Virus record (IMG/VR): IMGVR_UViG_3300001518_000020
Strand: one strand, 5' to 3'
Source: an uncultured virus (IMG/VR IMGVR_UViG_3300001518_000020)
Lineage: Duplodnaviria > Heunggongvirae > Uroviricota > Caudoviricetes
DNA: 64,000 nt
Part shown: positions 59,257-64,000 of the stretch, one piece after another
How positions within the stretch are numbered: the first letter of the stretch is position 1
How the letters are laid out: every line of letters starts with the position of its first letter
Program-made: the position numbers and the translations under genes
Notes under the pieces: model-generated
The model's input: the letters and a program-made list of their open reading frames with translations, nothing else
Told to the model about the DNA's origin: nothing
The model's database searches: none

Positions 59257-59841
59257 TTATCCGATTGTTTCATCCCAATAATCTGCATGAAATGTAACTT
59301 GTAATGAACGAACATCTTGTGAAGTATAATCTAAAGATTCCATACCTTTAATATCTGTTACTACTACATTTTTTAATACAACTTGTCGCCAAACAGTACC
59401 ATCACGATTTGCTTCTAGAATAATCATTTTTCCATATGCTTGTTGAATCAATGATACAACACCTGTTGACATTGTATATATAAGATTTATCCATTCCTTA
59501 AATAACCTAAATACATAAACATCATTTCTATTTCTTATGTTTAAGTTAAATAATATTGTATATTCAATTCCTGTATTATCTATAACAGGATTAAAAAATG
59601 ATCTATCAACTCCTAAATATTTTTGTTGATACATTTTTAATGAATTATTCAAATTATCTAATCCAGAAACAGAAACAACTTGTTGACTTAATATATTAAG
59701 CTCATCTTGATTATATTCTCCTTGCATAGATGGTGGAACACTGAATCCTACTAAAAATATAGATTGTTGTACAGGATCCCATTTATTCATACCAGCAGCA
59801 ACATTCTTTATATGAGGTAAATGTGAAACTTGACTTGGCAT
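59257..59841 (-). CDS. Tail tube protein paralogue 2 (gp19-like)
   Basis: Clear paralogue of 59941..60552. LDY..L.VTF.ADYW C-terminus. Confidence 0.75.
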   Translation of the reverse strand: MPSQVSHLPHIKNVAAGMNKWDPVQQSIFLVGFSVPPSMQGEYNQDELNILSQQVVSVSGLDNLNNSLKMYQQKYLGVDRSFFNPVIDNTGIEYTILFNLNIRNRNDVYVFRLFKEWINLIYTMSTGVVSLIQQAYGKMIILEANRDGTVWRQVVLKNVVVTDIKGMESLDYTSQDVRSLQVTFHADYWDETIG

Positions 59842-59871
59842 ATTAAATCTTTAATACTTTATATAAAAATA

Positions 59872-59899
59872 AAAACCTGTAGATATCTCCACAGGTTTT
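59872..59899 (-). terminator. Intrinsic terminator
   Basis: AAAACCTGT...ACAGGTTTT stem. Confidence 0.6.
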
Positions 59900-59940
59900 A
59901 TTATATTATTGCGTTGAATATTTTAAGCAGTAGTACCAAA

Positions 59941-60552
59941 TTAATCAACACCAATTTCATAATTATCGGTCTTTTCTTCCCAATAGTCTGCACGGAATGT
60001 AACAGTTAATTGACGAGCTTCTGAGTTAGAATAATCTAAACTATCAAGACCAGCTAATTGTGTAATAAATACATCTTTGAAAATAACTTCTCTCCATACA
60101 GTACCATCACGATTAGCTTCTGAAATGTGCATTGTATCACATGTATAATCCTTCTTTAATGTACGTTTACCATTACCAATATCATAACTAAGACGACCCC
60201 AAGCTTTGAATAAATTCAATACATAAGCATCTGTAGTATTACGTAAGTTAAGGTTAAATACAATAGAGAATTCGGCAGTTGTTGCGTCAAGAGTTGGATT
60301 CAAGAACGATACATCTACACCTAAGAACTTTTGAGAGTTAACACCAGCAATTTTTTGAAGTGCATCTAAACCAGAAATAGAAACAACTTGTTGTGAAAGT
60401 ATTTCAAGTTCATCACCTGTAAAACCTTGATCAGCTAAAGCTGCAGGTACAGTAAATCCTACTTCGAATATTGATTGGTGCATTGGATCCCATTTTTCCA
60501 TTCCAGCCTTTACATTCTTAATATGAGGTAAATGTGAAATTTGACTTGCCAT
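59941..60552 (-). CDS. Tail tube protein (gp19-like)
   Basis: Directly downstream of the sheath gene. LDYS..RQLTVTFRADYWEE. Confidence 0.8.
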   Translation of the reverse strand: MASQISHLPHIKNVKAGMEKWDPMHQSIFEVGFTVPAALADQGFTGDELEILSQQVVSISGLDALQKIAGVNSQKFLGVDVSFLNPTLDATTAEFSIVFNLNLRNTTDAYVLNLFKAWGRLSYDIGNGKRTLKKDYTCDTMHISEANRDGTVWREVIFKDVFITQLAGLDSLDYSNSEARQLTVTFRADYWEEKTDNYEIGVD

Positions 60553-60608
60553 ATATTATTTATAAAATCAATATTTTTTGTATCTTTAATAAAAATAAAC
60601 TAAATTGG

Positions 60609-60638
60609 AATTTAGAAGGAGCGAACTCCTTCTAAATT
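60609..60638 (-). terminator. Intrinsic terminator with a UUCG loop
   Basis: AATTTAGAAGGAG-CGAA-CTCCTTCTAAATT. Confidence 0.7.
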
Positions 60639-60644
60639 TTTATA

Positions 60645-63600
60645 TTAGTCTTTAATTGATGCAGTCATTTGACCACGACGGTAAAGAGTAAGTTCTTGTA
60701 CCATCTTACCACAACCGAATCCAGGTTCGATATGTGTAGAAAGTATTGCCATTTCATTTTCAATAATTTCATCTGTGTTATTAGATGAATCCATTACATT
60801 AAGATAAGCTTCAATACCACCATTAGCAGCAACACGACTACAAATAGTGTTAGCTTTATCAAGAATAGCATTACGTGTTGTTTGATTGTTGAATTCCCAT
60901 TGATATTGTTGAAGAACTTTTTCAATCTCATCTTGTAAATAAATAACCAATTCACGAATATTAACTTTAGAAAGACCAGAAACAGGAGTTTGTTTAGCTG
61001 TTTGGTTAGAGTTAATAAATGTACCAAAACCTGGTTTGTAAACCATACAGTTAACACCATAAGGTTCCATTACATTAAGTTCATCTTGTGAATAATTATA
61101 GTCAGGACCAACAAGACCACTAGCAACGATTCTACCATAATTAGGACCAGCAATGATATAATAAGGTTGACGAGATGTATACTTTTGCATGAATAAGTTA
61201 GAAACTAAACCTGCAGCAGGAATAATACTATCAACATAACCATCAGAGAATTTTAATGGTGTATAGAATGCGCAGAATGATGCACCTTCATCATCTGATG
61301 GTAAACTAAATTTAATACTTGTTGCTTTCTTCTTATTAGAACCAGCTTCTATATAATGTACATCAAATACATCATCGGCATTTGTAAATGAAGTATATGG
61401 ACACTTAGTAAATGTCTTAACTGATGGGAAGTTCAATATTGCAAATGCAGATTGTTTTTGTTTACATAAGAATGAAAGAACATTTTTACAACTTGTATCT
61501 ACATATGATTCGAATGTATCAATTACATAACGATAATCAATATCTGATTTATTAAGAAGACCTGTACGAAGTCCTTTATAATCAGTTAATGCTTTAAGTA
61601 TGAATTTTTGCCATTGTAATTTAGCATACATTCCAGTTCCATCTGGTTTAGCATGATTATATGTATAACCTTCAAGATATTGAGGAACCATTACACCAAT
61701 TTCTTGGTTAAGACCACCATCAATTCTAATTAAATATCCATCACCAGTTTCTAAATCAGTATAAACTTTAGGTTCACCAGAGAATGTTACATAATAACGT
61801 TCAACATTACCATATGCATCATAATCAGCATCTACCTTTTGTACATATACATTATCATAGAAACCATCTTTATAATTATCTTCTTGTGTAGATCCATCAT
61901 TAGCAAGTAAACAATCACCTACTTGTAAAATTGAATAAAGAGTATTTTCATAAACATCAGTAGAAACAGCTGCACGAGCACCATTAATTGTAACATCTAA
62001 ATCCCAAGCATCACAAGGAATAAATGTTACTGAAGAACCATAAACTGAATCTTTTTCATTATTTTCCATTGTAACAACAACATCAAGAAGAGAAATCTTC
62101 ATGTTCTTATCTAAATCAGTATATATTGATGTTGCATTTGTAGCTTCAAGACGAGCAATTGCAGTAATTACTCTTTGTGGACCATATTGTACATATTCAC
62201 CATTTGCATTAATGAATGGAGTATCACCTACATTATCACCATCAGCAATAACTTTAAAATATGTACCATATCCATTTAAGTGTTTCATGAAGTGTTTATT
62301 ATCATCAGAGAAATGTCTTGGAGCAATTATTTGATGAGTTTCAGGATCTTCTTTACCATTGTAATTAGCATCTACTTCATATGCACAACCAAGTTTAACA
62401 CCAACTTTCCAAGCTTCTAATTCATCTTCACATCTAATAGTAATAGTATTTTTTGCAGTATCTTTATCACCAACTTGACGTAATACAATAACAGAGTTAT
62501 TTGGATCTGGATCAAAACTACTTACATACAAAGTACCCATTACTTTACGTGTACCTTCATTAAGAGGAATAATAGCTTCATATTTTCCTTCTTTGTTCTT
62601 AGTTACAACATTATTTCTAAATGTAACTTTGTTTGTAATTAATTGAGAGTCTTTATTACCAAGAAGACTTGTTTTTGCATTACCATTATAGATGTTCTTA
62701 AGATTAAGAGCTGTTGAAGATTCTTCATTATTACTAATTGATAAACGACCAGAAAGATCGATTGAAGCAGTTTCATCTTCATAAATCATATCAGTGTTAA
62801 AAGACATCATCATATTATGTACATCTCTATCATTATTGAAAGCAACATCAAGAGATACATATTGTCCCTTCTTATCCTTAAATTCAGGAATTAAACAACC
62901 AACATAATGACCTAATGCATGAGAAGTATCATCATTATAAAGTGCATCAAGAGTATCTTCCCATTCACCATATGCATTTACTACATGGTTAACAAGTTTT
63001 AATTGAGCATTACCTGTTTCAGAATCACGTATAATACTTCCATTTTCATCAGTAACAACTTCAAAATACTTCTTAAGAGTTGAAGATGCTAATACTTGAC
63101 CAGCATTAAACTTAGTACCAAATACATAAATTTCAGCAAAGAAATCACTAACAAGTGAATTAGCATATGGTTCTAAGAAATCAGGAATTTCATCTTGTCT
63201 ATCACTATACCAATCAGAAATAGTAAGTTTGTATTGACTAACGGCACTTCCTGAAGCCTTACGAATGAAATAAGTTGCTGATGTTTCTTTAGTGTTAGTA
63301 GTAGCAATATTAATATATTGATCCATAACTGAACCATCTACTGCTTTAAGATCATTAAGTTTTTCAGCATCTAATTCCCAGAAACGTGTGGTGTTATAAA
63401 TACTTTCAACACTTAATTCAACTGAATCAATAATTTCAAATTTAGGATTGAATGCTGTATTGATTGTAGCACCTTGCACTGTTTCAGTAGTAAACTTCTT
63501 AAGGTTAAGACAAAGAATAGGACCTGCAGCCAATGCTTGTAATGCTAAACGGTGGAAATATACACCACGTTTTTCAAGTTTCTTAGAAACGTCACCAAAA

Positions 63601-63776
63601 TATGTTTTGAAATCTGTAACATTTGTGATGTAAACAGGAATATTAAAAGGACCTTTATCAGAATATCCTACAACTAAACGTAATATTTCTGCATCTACAC
63701 CAAGTACTGTTGATTTGTCAAAAACAACACGGTAAATTCCAGCCGCTTTAAATTGTTGCAAATATACAGGAATCAT
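60645..63776 (-). CDS. Contractile tail sheath protein (gp18-like)
   Basis: N-terminal G.S.KGPFNIPV. C-terminal AGPNYG, LSKVNIREL, WEFNNQTTR and D.SNNT..II.N. Confidence 0.9.
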   Translation of the reverse strand: MIPVYLQQFKAAGIYRVVFDKSTVLGVDAEILRLVVGYSDKGPFNIPVYITNVTDFKTYFGDVSKKLEKRGVYFHRLALQALAAGPILCLNLKKFTTETVQGATINTAFNPKFEIIDSVELSVESIYNTTRFWELDAEKLNDLKAVDGSVMDQYINIATTNTKETSATYFIRKASGSAVSQYKLTISDWYSDRQDEIPDFLEPYANSLVSDFFAEIYVFGTKFNAGQVLASSTLKKYFEVVTDENGSIIRDSETGNAQLKLVNHVVNAYGEWEDTLDALYNDDTSHALGHYVGCLIPEFKDKKGQYVSLDVAFNNDRDVHNMMMSFNTDMIYEDETASIDLSGRLSISNNEESSTALNLKNIYNGNAKTSLLGNKDSQLITNKVTFRNNVVTKNKEGKYEAIIPLNEGTRKVMGTLYVSSFDPDPNNSVIVLRQVGDKDTAKNTITIRCEDELEAWKVGVKLGCAYEVDANYNGKEDPETHQIIAPRHFSDDNKHFMKHLNGYGTYFKVIADGDNVGDTPFINANGEYVQYGPQRVITAIARLEATNATSIYTDLDKNMKISLLDVVVTMENNEKDSVYGSSVTFIPCDAWDLDVTINGARAAVSTDVYENTLYSILQVGDCLLANDGSTQEDNYKDGFYDNVYVQKVDADYDAYGNVERYYVTFSGEPKVYTDLETGDGYLIRIDGGLNQEIGVMVPQYLEGYTYNHAKPDGTGMYAKLQWQKFILKALTDYKGLRTGLLNKSDIDYRYVIDTFESYVDTSCKNVLSFLCKQKQSAFAILNFPSVKTFTKCPYTSFTNADDVFDVHYIEAGSNKKKATSIKFSLPSDDEGASFCAFYTPLKFSDGYVDSIIPAAGLVSNLFMQKYTSRQPYYIIAGPNYGRIVASGLVGPDYNYSQDELNVMEPYGVNCMVYKPGFGTFINSNQTAKQTPVSGLSKVNIRELVIYLQDEIEKVLQQYQWEFNNQTTRNAILDKANTICSRVAANGGIEAYLNVMDSSNNTDEIIENEMAILSTHIEPGFGCGKMVQELTLYRRGQMTASIKD

Positions 63777-63975
63777 TTATATTTATAATTATATATTTAT
63801 TATCTTAAAGTTAACTATTTTAAATTATACCACAAAGCATAACTAATATAATCTAACTTTTATAATTAAAAATAAAACTTTTCAAATGAGATGAAATATT
63901 TATTTTAATGATTATATTTGAAAAATACTTTTGATATTAAATAATCATAATTATTCATATTTTTTAAAATAAAAA

Positions 63976-63995
63976 TGGTGGACCGAAGTCCACCA
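63976..63995 (-). terminator. Intrinsic terminator with a cUUCGg loop
   Basis: TGGTGGAC-CGAA-GTCCACCA with a minus-strand T tract. Confidence 0.7.
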
Positions 63996-64000
63996 CCAAG

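Noticed and set aside
1..64000. TAG-to-Gln recoding (code 15), as in Lak phages
   Set aside because: Genes up to 2937 aa are intact in code 11 and coding density is high. The TAG ending dnaJ (3773-3775) sits at a natural C-terminus within a terminator hairpin. This window gives no positive evidence for recoding.
1..64000. CRISPR array, tRNA or rRNA genes, IS elements
   Set aside because: No regularly spaced repeats, cloverleaf signatures or transposase motifs were seen by eye. The intergenic gaps are short and explained by promoters and terminators.

Overview
A 64 kb segment of a very AT-rich, densely coded jumbo or mega myophage with T4-like core genes: tail sheath, two tail-tube paralogues, UvsW helicase, gp32-like SSB, dNMP kinase, dCMP hydroxymethylase and a beta-glucosyltransferase-like enzyme. 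The lack of Shine-Dalgarno sites, the anaerobic NrdDG and the CotH/LRR-type giant protein suggest an anaerobic Bacteroidota host and a Lak-like phage (inference). ORFs are intact in code 11. Main observations: (1) The phage dnaK is split within its DFGG|GTHD ATPase motif by a 724-nt group I intron (33-756). P1, P3, P7, P8, P9 and P10 can be traced by eye, and a degenerate ORF sits in P8. (2) A five-gene cytosine-modification operon encodes a kinase, two dCMP-hydroxymethylase paralogues, a BGT-like glycosyltransferase and an atypical C5-methyltransferase. (3) About ten otherwise unrelated proteins share an N-terminal T4-like capsid-targeting motif (MKx[LFI]xx[YFILK][IL]xE). They include a RimK ATP-grasp/RimB-protease fusion and a ParB-fold protein, and may be virion-packaged effectors. 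(4) Two recurring promoter-like motifs separate structural from non-structural operons, and a sigma-70 factor carries a large region-2 insertion. (5) A 2937-aa CotH-kinase/LRR protein lies next to the tail genes. (6) A structured leader precedes an N6/N4 methyltransferase. All product calls come from motif recognition by eye; no database searches were run.
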